From: a virus
Strand: one strand, 5' to 3'
IMG/VR virus record: IMGVR_UViG_3300042862_000066
Span: 55,398 to 119,397 of that record
Length of the DNA stretch: 64,000 nucleotides
Every line of letters starts with the position of its first letter. Positions within the stretch are counted from its first letter, which is position 1. This document shows, piece by piece, positions 47,214 to 58,092 of the stretch. Below the pieces are notes generated by a model. The model saw only the letters and a program-made list of their open reading frames with translations. It was not told where the DNA came from and searched no databases. The translations under genes and the position numbers were made by a program.

Positions 47214-47681
47214 ATGGTTAGTAAAGTAAAAGTAACTGCTAATGAAGCAGGAGACGTTATTGTTATGTCTAAAGAAAATAACAAGTATGGACACATTCGT
47301 GTTGAGCAAAAGCGTACCGTAATCTCTGATAAGGGATGGGTTAAGGTTAAACCAGTTAGTGCATTATTGCATGGTACTGTAGAAGACCTAGCAGAGTTTG
47401 GCTTTGAAGATGGACAGTTGATCCAAGGTAAAATCGTTATCAAAGAATCTTTGGTTCCGTTTAACGCCGAGAATCCTGAGAAGGATTACAAGATGGCGGG
47501 TAGCACAGGTATCGTTTGTTGTGTAGATGGTCAACCTATCTATCGTAAGACATTCTATAATCCAAGTTCTAACGATCATGATGAGACTCTTGCTCATGAC
47601 AACAGCGAGGCTATTCGTTTAGCTAACGCGGAGTCAGCGGTACCAGGCTCAGTAGATACTGAAGAAAGTTTTACACTGTAA
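47214..47681 (+). CDS. Conserved crAss-like protein (possible OB-fold ssDNA-binding)
   Basis: GKIVIKES...GQPIYRKTFY; acidic tail; followed by a terminator at ~47703-47732. Confidence 0.45.
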   Translation: MVSKVKVTANEAGDVIVMSKENNKYGHIRVEQKRTVISDKGWVKVKPVSALLHGTVEDLAEFGFEDGQLIQGKIVIKESLVPFNAENPEKDYKMAGSTGIVCCVDGQPIYRKTFYNPSSNDHDETLAHDNSEAIRLANAESAVPGSVDTEESFTL

Positions 47682-47758
47682 TCGTATCTAACATATTTAT
47701 TAGGCAGGGGGTGTAATAGCCCCCTGTTTTTTTGTATAAAATTAAATCCTATAATATA

Positions 47759-48235
47759 ATGGCATCCTACCAAAAAGTTGTCTACACAGGTAGACTTGGC
47801 GAGTATCAAAACTATGGTTCTAATTACCAGAAGAAAAGGTACTCAGAGTATGAGCGTGACGAATTTAATTCGTATCAAAACTTTCTTTATAAACGTGCAC
47901 TATTCGGTTTGTCGGTGTACGCGGAAGAAGAGTTATCAACTATGCATTGGGACAAGAAGAAGCGTATCCAAAAGGTACATCAGAGAGCCCAGAATGTATT
48001 GAACCTATGGAAGCAAGAACTTGCTAATCAATGGGTTGCGACAGGACTAACCGAAGTATTTCATCATAGTCAATTAGTAAAAGATCTGGTAAAAATATTT
48101 GCTGATCATACCGATCCTGACTATATTAGCACTTTAGATTTCAAGGGTATGAATATCTCTAAGAAAGATATTGTTAATAAACTTATAGAAGAGAAGGTGC
48201 TACCAAATAATTTTTATCAACTAAAAGCAGCTTAA
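47759..48235 (+). CDS. Hypothetical protein
   Basis: Likely start MASYQK; QNFLYKRALFGL motif. Confidence 0.55.
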   Translation: MASYQKVVYTGRLGEYQNYGSNYQKKRYSEYERDEFNSYQNFLYKRALFGLSVYAEEELSTMHWDKKKRIQKVHQRAQNVLNLWKQELANQWVATGLTEVFHHSQLVKDLVKIFADHTDPDYISTLDFKGMNISKKDIVNKLIEEKVLPNNFYQLKAA

Positions 48236-48729
48236 GATGAATATCAATGAACTGAACAATGAGGAAGTTCTCTTCTTATACTTTAGTAACCGCAAATGGG
48301 TCGATAGTTATGATGATATCTTCGAGCATAAAAGCATCGAAGATCGTCTAGAAATATTAGACTTTGGGCAGGTTACTGTTACTCGTTATCTTCATGAGGA
48401 GGATATCGATGAAATGGTTAAGAGAGATCATTATAAATACTGTACCGGTATCAACGATAAGTTGGCACCTATAGTAGATATAATTGAGGAGGCGGATTCA
48501 GTTCTTTATAATCACATTAAAGATTGTTTTACTAAAGCAGAAATTTAAATGAAGACAACGTTTATTATGAATGGCACCACTAGGTTGGTACTAACTCCGG
48601 AAACGGAAGCAGAAGAGGTTATGTTAAAGCAACTAACCTCACAAGATAATATCATTACAAATGTAGGCGAGGGTAGTCATATCGCTTTAACCTACGGTAA
48701 TGATTCTATAATCATTATGCAGTCTACTA

Positions 48730-49149
48730 ATGTTACAAGCCAAGCAGAAACTCTGTGACGGATGTAATGAGATAACTAACATTTGGAAGAAAGAGGGTAA
48801 GCAAAGGTTTTGTAAGCAATGCTGGGGTAAACAATTTAAGGGTTTGTCTAGTATTAAAAAACCAACAGCTAAGAAACCTTTGTCCCCTCGATCTCCCAAA
48901 CAAGTTAAGTTAGATGCTCTTTACACTGTACTACGCAAGTCTTATATGGAGAGATATCCTTTTTGTTTAGCTAAGTTACCTGGCTGTAGTATTAATGCTA
49001 CGGACATTCATCATAAGATGGGCAGAACAGGTAAGTTATATCTAGACGAGACGGAGTTTCTTTCTGTTTGTAGGACGTGCCACGGATGGATTGAGGTACA
49101 TCCTACGGAAGCTAAGTTATTAAATCTAAGTAAATCAAGAGAATCATGA
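48730..49149 (+). CDS. HNH/NinG-like Zn-finger nuclease
   Basis: CDGC, CKQC, C...C...ATDIHHKMGR...VCRTCHGWI. Confidence 0.65.
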   Translation: MLQAKQKLCDGCNEITNIWKKEGKQRFCKQCWGKQFKGLSSIKKPTAKKPLSPRSPKQVKLDALYTVLRKSYMERYPFCLAKLPGCSINATDIHHKMGRTGKLYLDETEFLSVCRTCHGWIEVHPTEAKLLNLSKSRES

Positions 49150-49480
49150 TTATTAAATTTGAAGTAATAGAAGGGCTTAAAAACCTGAGAGTATTAGATC
49201 GTACGTGGCGTGGAGATAGTAATGATCTTACATTACATGATGATCTAACAGAACTTGTACGTAGAGTCTACGGTGAGACGAATGATAAGGTATTAACCTT
49301 TGAGATATCTGTTCTACCTATAGAGGATAGCGAGAGATTTACTCTTGAGAGTATTAAGAAGGGACTACATGGTGCGAGTTATGCACATAGTACGTTAGGT
49401 CTGCACTACATTTGTGAACTACTGCTCCTATATGTAGGACCGGAGTACCCTAAACATTTTTATATTAAAAAACAAACAAC

Positions 49481-49762
49481 ATGAAAAAAGTATTAATGAT
49501 GATGACACTAGTAATTGGATTAACTAGCTGCTCAGAAGAAGAAGAAGTTATATGTATGAAATGTACACTTACGTCACCTGTAGCACTTGGAGGCGGTAAT
49601 CCTGCACTATGGCCAGGGGAACAGGAGATGTGTGGTACTGAGGACGAGATAAATTACTTTGAGGCTTCGTATTATAGTCAAGTATATGCTTGGAAACAAT
49701 CATGGACTGGAGTATGGTCAGGAGGTGGTAATAATTACACAGCTAATTGTGATAAATACTGA
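49481..49762 (+). CDS. Lipoprotein
   Basis: MKKVLMMMTLVIGLTSC SEEEE; lipobox followed by an acidic Bacteroidota export-signal-like segment. Confidence 0.7.
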   Translation: MKKVLMMMTLVIGLTSCSEEEEVICMKCTLTSPVALGGGNPALWPGEQEMCGTEDEINYFEASYYSQVYAWKQSWTGVWSGGGNNYTANCDKY

Positions 49763-49886
49763 TGAGAAAAGAAACAAACCCAGAAGATGTACTTTTTACT
49801 ATAGCTGCGGTTATAGGAGTAGGAATAATAGTATTATTCTCAATAACAACAGTAGCTAAATTGGTTATACACTTAATTAAATAAAC

Positions 49887-50126
49887 ATGAAGAAGTTAAT
49901 GATGATTATTATGCTAGCTATTGGATTAGTTAGTTGTGACAAGGAAGAAGACAAGCAGTGTAACTGTGGTACAATTGCTAATGATGGTATTACTGGTACT
50001 TGTTACTGGTTAGAGATTACTAATGATTGTACAGGTAATAAGAAGACATTCTGCTTTGATCAAAGCGTATGGATGGATGCCTACGTAGGTAGTAACTTCT
50101 GTGTTACTAATCAAGGTCAATGGTAA
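49887..50126 (+). CDS. Lipoprotein, Cys-rich
   Basis: MKKLMMIIMLAIGLVSC DKEED; CNCG motif. Confidence 0.7.
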   Translation: MKKLMMIIMLAIGLVSCDKEEDKQCNCGTIANDGITGTCYWLEITNDCTGNKKTFCFDQSVWMDAYVGSNFCVTNQGQW

Positions 50127-50127
50127 T

Positions 50128-51216
50128 ATGAGTAGAGAGGAGATACAGAATGCAGCGTTAGAGTCGTTATTATCATCGTCTAATAGTGGTATCGCTGTTA
50201 GCATGGGCGTTGGTAAAACTCTAATCGGTTTGCGGCATATGAAAGAACACTATAGCGATACATGTCGCTTCCTTGTTGTTGCTCCTAAGAGAGCCATATT
50301 TAAGTCGTGGCTAGATGAGGCCGATAAGCATGGATTAGGTTATCTTAAAGAGCATATCGAGTTTAGTACTTACATCTCTTTGATCAAACAAGACATAGAC
50401 TACGATGTAGTATACCTAGATGAATGTCATAACCTTTTATTTTCTCACGAGTTCTATCTTGATGATTATAAGGGTAAGGTTGTAGGCTTGACTGGTACTC
50501 CTCCTAGAAATGCTAACTCCGAGAAAGGCGAGATGGTAGATAACTACTGTCCTATTGCATTTAAGTATATTACCGATGATGCTATCGATGACGGAATTCT
50601 AAATGATTATCAGGTTATCATACATATGTTAGACCTTGATAACCGTAAGAATTTTATGCAGAAGACTAAGAAAGGACAGTTTCCTACGTCAGAACTTGCT
50701 AGTTATAATTACTGGAGTGAAAGAGTTCTTAACGCTAATGGTGGTAAGGAAGTCCAGATTGCTAGGATCATGCGAATGAAGGCGCTCATGTCGTACCCTA
50801 GTAAAGAACGTTATGCTGCAGAACTGTTTAGTCATATAACCGATAAGGTTATTTTATTTGCTAATACACAGGAGCAGGCGGATCAACTTTGTGATTACAG
50901 TTACCATAGTGGTAATAAACAATCAGAAGTTAACCTCCTAAAGTTTAAATCTGGAGAGATAGATAAACTTTCTTGTGTCCTACAGTTAAGTGAAGGGGTT
51001 AACATCCCGAACTTAAAGCAGGGTATTATTATGCATGCATACGGTAACGAACGTAAGTCTGCTCAAAGGTTAGGTCGATTACTTCGTCTTAATCCTGATG
51101 AGAAAGCTACCGTACATATCTTATGTTACGATAATACAGTGGATGTAGCATGGGTAAACCAAGCGCTACATGATTACGATCAATCTAAAATTAAAAAAGT
51201 TAAACGAAATGTCTGA
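50128..51216 (+). CDS. Superfamily 2 (DExH) helicase
   Basis: SMGVGKT, LDECH, GLTGT, LSEGVNIP, QRLGRLLR. Confidence 0.85.
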   Translation: MSREEIQNAALESLLSSSNSGIAVSMGVGKTLIGLRHMKEHYSDTCRFLVVAPKRAIFKSWLDEADKHGLGYLKEHIEFSTYISLIKQDIDYDVVYLDECHNLLFSHEFYLDDYKGKVVGLTGTPPRNANSEKGEMVDNYCPIAFKYITDDAIDDGILNDYQVIIHMLDLDNRKNFMQKTKKGQFPTSELASYNYWSERVLNANGGKEVQIARIMRMKALMSYPSKERYAAELFSHITDKVILFANTQEQADQLCDYSYHSGNKQSEVNLLKFKSGEIDKLSCVLQLSEGVNIPNLKQGIIMHAYGNERKSAQRLGRLLRLNPDEKATVHILCYDNTVDVAWVNQALHDYDQSKIKKVKRNV

Positions 51217-51416
51217 TTATTTACCTACTGGTGCACAACAAGATGTTAATGCACCCTGGAATCAAGTAGATGATTTATGTAGATACTGTGATCAAGATAT
51301 CATTAGGGGTATGGCTCAAGAGGCTACCATTGATGAATCTGATATTGATGGGTATATGGAAGCAATGCTTGAAGAAGCAGGCTTATGTAGAGATTGTTTT
51401 AAAGAAGAACAAGCAG

Positions 51417-51713
51417 ATGAATGGTGTAACTGGAGAGACTGATACTCTTATAATGGAGGATGTAGCCTTAGACTTATCCTTTATGGAAGATTCTAAACTA
51501 ATACTATATAATGATGATCATAATTCTTTTGATAAAGTTATTATGGCTCTTATCGTTTATTGCCAGATCTCGTCAGCGAAAGCTGCGGAAATAGCAATGA
51601 AGGTTCATAATGACGGTAAGGCTGTAGCAAAATATGGTCCTCGTAAAGACCTGGAAGTTATAGCTGGTATATTTGGTGAATTAGATTTAACCTGTGAAAT
51701 AGAAGACCCATGA
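51417..51713 (+). CDS. clpS: ClpS-like N-degron adaptor
   Basis: LILYNDDHNSFDKVIMAL...AAEIAMKVHNDGKAV...LTCEIE matches the ClpS core. Confidence 0.8.
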   Translation: MNGVTGETDTLIMEDVALDLSFMEDSKLILYNDDHNSFDKVIMALIVYCQISSAKAAEIAMKVHNDGKAVAKYGPRKDLEVIAGIFGELDLTCEIEDP

Positions 51714-52350
51714 AACCGGGAGACTACTACATAGATGATTACTATGAGCCAGATACTGTTGTATTAAAAGTTAGTGATATAATAGGGGTTGATCGTCATA
51801 AATGTAAAGTTGTTTATTCAAGTGACTCTGACCGTATGAGCATAGGTGAAATTATAGTACGTACATCTGATGATGAGGACCTTATACCAGTAGCTATGAT
51901 CACCATAGATAATAAAGTAATACTAATTAACTTATGAAAATTGGAGATTATCTAAGAAACATTCATTCAAGTACCCTTTATCAGTATCTAGGTAATAATA
52001 AATTTGTTGAAATAGATATTAACTTTATTGCGCATGCTCCATTTGACCAGAGCCTTTATCAGGTTAATCATTTCATACGTCAAATTCCACCTAGGATGCA
52101 CGAGAATTTTGAACCTGTTAAACTACTAATTATAAGAGAATGAAAGTAGGAGATTATGTAGAGTTAGGAGGAGATGCATTTTATGTAACTAAAGACCTTA
52201 GTCAAGACGATTTAATTTTTAATGAGTTGGAAGTACTTGCTATTTATGTAAAAGCTCCTAGTGAGTTATACTTTGTTGGTAAAGTATGTAAAATACAATT
52301 TCCTAAAAATAGCTCCGGCCTAGATGTGGTTAAACCAATATTTGTAAAAG

Positions 52351-52644
52351 ATGAAAAGTAAAAGACTAACCGATGATGAAATGGTGAAAGATATAATCAA
52401 CACCATGTTTATAATAGCTGGTCATAATGTATCCTATGAGGACATTAAAGACCGTAAGGACAAATGGTATGAGCAATGGACCATGACTCCTGAGCAAGAA
52501 GAAAAGTGGACGGAGTGGATGGTAACTTACTTACGTAAGCATAGAAGGCTTACTATTAAGTATGCTCAGAGATCTGCTTCTATGTATAACCTGATGTGGG
52601 GCCTTAAGGTCAACCGTCCTGAACTAGAGCAAGAGAATGAGTAA
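52351..52644 (+). CDS. Hypothetical protein
   Basis: WYEQWTMTPEQEEKW...NLMWGLK. Confidence 0.55.
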   Translation: MKSKRLTDDEMVKDIINTMFIIAGHNVSYEDIKDRKDKWYEQWTMTPEQEEKWTEWMVTYLRKHRRLTIKYAQRSASMYNLMWGLKVNRPELEQENE

Positions 52645-52888
52645 GTTTATAACTGCTAACATTGACTTAATTAATAGCAAGTTAGCTAACCTTATTGGTG
52701 GAGAGACCTGTACCATGAAGGCGGAGGTAAAGATACTCACAGATAATATCATAGCCCTAAGAGAATGGGCAGATGAAGAGGATGATGAGATCAACCCCAA
52801 AATGTGTGCTGTATATTTAACAAGCGGTGAATTCTTCATCCTGTATAAACCGTATGCAGAGGTAGTTGAAATCTTAGAATGGTATTAA
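52637..52888 (+). CDS. Hypothetical protein, paralog of 63391..63645
   Basis: INPKMCAVYLTSGEFFILYKPYAEV vs INPDMCVVYLKSGELFFIFTPYEEV. Confidence 0.6.
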   Translation: MSKFITANIDLINSKLANLIGGETCTMKAEVKILTDNIIALREWADEEDDEINPKMCAVYLTSGEFFILYKPYAEVVEILEWY

Positions 52889-53040
52889 TAATTAAACAAC
52901 TATGGAAACAATAGGTTATGCTTTATTATGTATGCTAATGTGCATACCCATATTCTTTTTAATCTACATTGGGGTATGGATGCCTAAAGACAAAATGAAA
53001 GGTCATGCAGGTAGAAGTAAATGTAAATGTTGTAATAACT

Positions 53041-54007
53041 AAAAACTAAATAACTATGACACCAAAAGAAAAAGCAAAGGAATTATTAAAAAGAATGACG
53101 GTACATCATTGGACAGATGTATGTGATTCTGAAGGAGCTAAGCAATGTGCCTTGATAGCAGTAGATGAGATAATTAACACAGGACTTTTAGAAGGCACAA
53201 CAACAGGAGTGTTAAAAAAGTATTGGAAAGAAGTAAAACAAGAAATAGAAAAACTTTAAAAACTAAATAACTATGGAAAAGAAAGAAACTGCGGTTGATT
53301 ATCTTGTAGAGCAATTATTCAAAATACGTAATAATACTACTGAAGTTAAAGAAATGAATAGTAAAAGTATTATTGACCAAGCCAAGCAAATGGAGAAGGA
53401 GCAGATTACGGATTCTTACATTGAAGGTCATAGCATATATGGTGAGTCTACAAATGCAGAACAATACTACAACGAAACTTACGGAGGTACACAATGAGTA
53501 AACAAACTGCGGTTGAATGGTTCGTTGAACAACTCGATAAACTTGAATATGAGTATGATGTTGAAGGAATAAGCATATTAGAGTTCGACAAAAGAAAAAT
53601 AGAAATTGAAAACCAAGCAAAGCAAATGATGAAGGAGCAACACGAAGAAACTTGGTTTAGTAGTAGAGTAGAAGATATGGGTGATGAATTTAAGGTGGAG
53701 CAAAAGTCATTTGAGGACTACTATAACGAAACTTACGGAGGTAACAATGAGTAAACAAACTGCGGTTGAATGGTATGCAAATGCCTCACATGAATTAATT
53801 GTAAAAAAGAACAACGGTGAAATCACTAACACTGACTTCCTCATTATGCATCATAACTTGTTTTATGAAGCACAAAAAATGGAGAAGGAGCAGATGAAAG
53901 AAGCTGCTTTAGATAATGTTACTACCAATGAAAAATTAAGAAAAATATTTGAAATTCAATTTGAAGATTTTTTCAAAGAAACTTATGGAGGTCAAGATGA
54001 AAACTAA
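53041..54007 (+). repeat. Tandem small-gene cassettes (KQTAVEW...QMEKEQ...YNETYGG family) joined by direct repeats
   Basis: ORFs 53056, 53273, 53494, ~53747; near-identical junction AACGAAACTTACGGAGGTA(C)ACAATGAGTAAACAAACTGCGGTTGAATGGT at ~53471 and ~53725; AAAACTAAATAACTATG at ~53042 and ~53259. Confidence 0.8.
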
Positions 54008-55207
54008 AACTGTAGAGAGACTAATGGCTGAGACACCTGAAGATGTTAAGAAACAAGTAAGTAGGTATGCAGATGGTTTAGTTATGGGTAAGTATCTAAT
54101 GTGGGTATTAGCATTTATCTTACTACTAGATTGTGCTGCTACAATAGGTGTATACATATCTGTAAAGGATAAGCCTCTTGAGAGAGAGGACTACCAAATG
54201 TTTAAAGCTGTTAAGATACCGGAGGATACCGTTTGGGTAGACCCGATAACTGTAGGCACAACAACTGACCCTGAAAACTTATGAGTACTAAAGAAGTATT
54301 AGAAGATCTTATTAAGCAAATGGAACATCTACGTGGTAATAAGACTGTGCCTTATCTTAACCCTTATAAAGGTATAGATGACTGTATAGATATTATGTAT
54401 AAAAAGATTAAAACCCTTAAAGAATGAAGACTGAATACACTAATCGGTATGGTGATGTAATTACCTTTGAGAAGAAGGATAATGTAATAGAGATGACCGG
54501 GTTTACCGAGCACTACCGTGTAGGTGGATGGCCAGGTGAAACGGAGATGCCTAACTTTAAGTTCTCTATGATAGACCCTAGTGGTGGACCTTACATTACT
54601 GCACAAGCGGAATGGCATGGTGAGGAACCAAGTGGTACAGACATGGGGTCTTTCCTACCAGAGTGGGCAGGTCTCAAGATAGAGTATATTACAGTAGATG
54701 AAGGATTAGCTAAATTACATTTATGTCAGTAGAACACAAGGACTTAGACAGAATCAAGATAGCTAATCTTGTAATATGGTTACAGATGGCTGTATTTGCA
54801 GCAGATGAGACTATGCATATCACGTGGTTTAATAGGCATAAGACAAAGAATGTCTTGAATAACTTTAATGATATCGTGGTTAAAGAACACGGTCCATTAC
54901 TGAAAGCATTCTGGGATATCCCTGACCAGATAGACATGGTAGAGATGTCAAATAGATTGAGTAAGTTTGCAGAGCTCATAACAGATATGGATTTTCTGGA
55001 GATGCAAGAGAGTATTGAATTATTAGAAAACTATTTAAAAGAAAAAAGAAATGGAAACATTTGATGCGTGTGTATTTGTATTTACTGGTTTAACTACTGG
55101 TATGGCTATAGGTTTAGCCATTAGAAATAAGAAGACTAGTAATCTTCAAGATGAATTAGACTATCTAGAGAATAAGTACAAAAATTTGATAGATGATTAT
55201 ACTGAAG

Positions 55208-55261
55208 GTGTTATTGAAAATCACAATCTACAGTGTGTTATTGAAAATCACAGACTACAGT
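55208..55261 (+). repeat. 27-bp in-frame tandem duplication in 55051..55407
   Basis: GTGTTATTGAAAATCACAATCTACAGT / GTGTTATTGAAAATCACAGACTACAGT (VIENHNLQ/VIENHRLQ). Confidence 0.85.
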
Positions 55262-55360
55262 TTGAGAAGTATTTAAAACCTATTACTCCTGTTAAGAAAG
55301 AGGTTGTAGTTAAGAAGAAAGTAGGAAGACCTAAAGGAAGTACTAATAAACCTAAAGCAA

Positions 55361-55735
55361 ATGGCAAACCAACTACCCGTAAGTATACGCGCAAAAGTAG
55401 TAAATAAGAACCTAGAGATAGATCCCTTAGGGTCTGCTAAGCTCGGGTTGTTTATCAAGGGCCTTGATGATGGTGATGTTGTTACTATCACGTACGAAGT
55501 CCAGACAGCCGATCACAGTTATGCGCAGTTAAGCAAACTCCATAAGTGTATTAGAGAGCTGGCTACGTTTACTGGAGATACCTTTGAGGATATGAAACTT
55601 CAAGTTAAGTTACGTGCAGGTCTATGTACTGACGATAGCTGTAAGTCATTTTCAGATTGCAGTAAAGAAGAGTTATCTATGGCTATACAAGCAGCTATAG
55701 AGATAGGAGATCTAGTAGATTTTAGTCTTCACTGA
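55361..55735 (+). CDS. NinB/Orf-like recombination accessory protein
   Basis: QLSKLHKCIRELATFTGDTFEDMKLQVK...SFSDCSKEELS pattern. Confidence 0.45.
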   Translation: MANQLPVSIRAKVVNKNLEIDPLGSAKLGLFIKGLDDGDVVTITYEVQTADHSYAQLSKLHKCIRELATFTGDTFEDMKLQVKLRAGLCTDDSCKSFSDCSKEELSMAIQAAIEIGDLVDFSLH

Positions 55736-56045
55736 CTTTAACACGGTCTCCTGTTTCTCTGTCTATATCGACAATTTCAAGATGGCCTTGCTTACGAGCA
55801 GAATCTTCACAAAGTGCTAAGAAAGACATCAGAGTAGTAGTATGGTAACTAAAGTCATCATCCTCCTTTTTATCTGCTATATTCTTAAGTACTTCCTGGA
55901 AGTGCTCCTCATCTCTAAATGGTATGAAGTCTAAAAGAAACTGATTAAATCTTTCTACGTAAGTTACAGGTAACTCGAGTTTGATTATTGTATCAGGTTT
56001 GAATATCTCAACCTTAAGAGGTTCTTTTTTTTCGTTTTCAGCCAT
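55722..56045 (-). CDS. Acidic hypothetical protein on opposite strand with own promoter
   Basis: TATATTTG (56063-56070) and AAACCA leader precede the ATG. Confidence 0.6.
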   Translation of the reverse strand: MAENEKKEPLKVEIFKPDTIIKLELPVTYVERFNQFLLDFIPFRDEEHFQEVLKNIADKKEDDDFSYHTTTLMSFLALCEDSARKQGHLEIVDIDRETGDRVKVSED

Positions 56046-56072
56046 TGGTTTAAAATTATTAACAAATATAGT

Positions 56073-56774
56073 ATGGAAGAAGTTAATTTACAAGAAGTTA
56101 AAGATAAGCTTTATGAAAAGCTTAAGGAAAATGGTTGGGGTCCCCAACTTATTAATTTTATTATGGCATCAGACTTCGACGATATCCTGTCCTTCCTACT
56201 ACGTGAGGCCCAAGATGGTAAAAGATTTACTCCAAAGATTAAACATTTATTTAAAGCGTTTGAGGTTTGTCCATTTGATAAAGTTAACGTAGTTATTATA
56301 GGGCAAGATCCTTATCCTCAGATTAATGTAGCAGATGGCATAGCCTTTAGTTGCAGTAACTTTGGTAAGGTAGAAAAGTCTTTAGACTATATGTTTAAAT
56401 CTATAGGTAAGACTACAGGTTCTATTAATAACGACCCGGATCTAAGTCGTTGGGCTGATCAAGGAATTCTATTATTAAATAGTGCACTTACTACTACAAT
56501 TGGTAAACCAGGTACGCATCAGCTACTATGGAAACCTTTCATGGCATATGTGCTAGATTATTTAGTTTGGAATAAGCCTAATTTAATCTATGTATTTATG
56601 GGTAAGAAGGCTCAAGACTTTGCTGATTTAATTCCTGATAACAATTATAAGATTATGGTATCGCATCCTGCGAGTGCTGCTTATAACGAACAGCCGGAGT
56701 GGGATTGTGAAGACATGTGGAATAAGATTAATAAATACTTAGAACAAAGTGAGAGACCCACAATTTCCTGGTAG
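56073..56774 (+). CDS. ung: Uracil-DNA glycosylase (family 1)
   Basis: VVIIGQDPYP, ADGIAFS, WADQGILLLNS, SHPAS. Confidence 0.9.
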   Translation: MEEVNLQEVKDKLYEKLKENGWGPQLINFIMASDFDDILSFLLREAQDGKRFTPKIKHLFKAFEVCPFDKVNVVIIGQDPYPQINVADGIAFSCSNFGKVEKSLDYMFKSIGKTTGSINNDPDLSRWADQGILLLNSALTTTIGKPGTHQLLWKPFMAYVLDYLVWNKPNLIYVFMGKKAQDFADLIPDNNYKIMVSHPASAAYNEQPEWDCEDMWNKINKYLEQSERPTISW

Positions 56775-56989
56775 AATAAAGGTCAAGACAATTGTTGACC
56801 CAAGATTTGGAGAAGTTTATTTTGAGGTAGAAGCCTCTAAAAGAAGTACAGTTAAAAACAAATGTCTATATGATGCGCTATCAGACTTTGGTATTGAGCT
56901 CGAGAGAGCTAAGCACATCGTAAAGGATGTAGCAATATCGATTAACACTGGTAAGTTTTATCATATAGAAGAAACAGATTACGTAAAAT

Positions 56990-57508
56990 ATGGCAGAGAG
57001 AGACGTCAAGAAATTGAGGGGGGAGATCCGGCAGGATTTAGCCCAGTTGAACTATGATCTTAACCTAGTAATAGGTAAGTTCTTTACTGGTGTTCAAAAG
57101 AGTTTAGTTAAGTACGATAAGTACATAGGTAGTAGTCACGCCTTGGTGCCCGGTATTAATGACTTTAAAGTTGTTGTAGATCTTGCAGAGGAAATGTATC
57201 CTGAAGATGCACCATTTACTAAAAACATGAAGTTCCGTGGCCAACAAGTTATTATTATTCGACAGTGCTGTTACCTAATAGGTAGTGAATTAGGTCTAAC
57301 TTATTCACATATGGTACGAGTTGTTAACAGTATGCATGAGGAAAAGGTTACACATCATTCGACTATGTTACACGGTAGTAATAAGACTAAGAGCGCTTTA
57401 CAGATTAAAGACAAGAAAGTTTTACCTATATGGAGTAATATAATGGCTGCGATGCAAGAGAAGGGAATCACAAAAACATTTGTATCTTTAGATACTGATT
57501 CAATATGA
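56990..57508 (+). CDS. Protein with DnaA domain IV-like HTH
   Basis: RQCCYLIGSELGLTYSHMV...HHSTMLHGSNK resembles DnaA_C 'RQIAMYL...S...IG..DHTTV.HA..K'. Confidence 0.55.
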   Translation: MAERDVKKLRGEIRQDLAQLNYDLNLVIGKFFTGVQKSLVKYDKYIGSSHALVPGINDFKVVVDLAEEMYPEDAPFTKNMKFRGQQVIIIRQCCYLIGSELGLTYSHMVRVVNSMHEEKVTHHSTMLHGSNKTKSALQIKDKKVLPIWSNIMAAMQEKGITKTFVSLDTDSI

Positions 57509-58092
57509 AAGACTTCTTTGATTACCTAGCAGAAAACAAGATAACTCCTAATGGTTTCTATGTTTTATGGGGCATTGCTAATAAGGTAAGGCCTGCTGTT
57601 ATTAATGTACATACCGAGTTAAGATTACTCGCTGACTTAAATCTTATAGAAGATGCTAAGAAAGGTATACTTACTGACGCAGGCAATAAAATTATTGATG
57701 ATGCTACAGCAGTATTCGGTAACATGAGAGCTTCTGTTAAGACTATTGTGGTTACTGATGATGATCTAGTAGTCCAGTATCTTGAGATGTTTCCTAAAGG
57801 TAAATTACCTAGTGGTAAAGCAGCAAGACTACCTAAGAATGATTTGAAGAAAAGCTTCGAATGGTTCTTTAAGAATTATGATTACAGTTGGGATACTATA
57901 CTGAAAGCTACTGCTTATTACGTTGACTCGTATGAGCAGAATAAGTATATGTACATGAAGAACTCGCAATACTTTATTCGTAAACAGAGTATAGATAAAA
58001 CTTGGGACTCTGAACTCGCATCCTTCTGTGAGATAATACTAAATGGTGGTTATAAAGATGACGATAACTACATAAAAGAAAGAGTTGTATGA
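57505..58092 (+). CDS. Conserved replication-module protein (possible initiator / helicase loader)
   Basis: YLEMFP...ILKATAYYV...YMKNSQYFI.K; upstream of DnaB. Confidence 0.4.
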   Translation: MKDFFDYLAENKITPNGFYVLWGIANKVRPAVINVHTELRLLADLNLIEDAKKGILTDAGNKIIDDATAVFGNMRASVKTIVVTDDDLVVQYLEMFPKGKLPSGKAARLPKNDLKKSFEWFFKNYDYSWDTILKATAYYVDSYEQNKYMYMKNSQYFIRKQSIDKTWDSELASFCEIILNGGYKDDDNYIKERVV

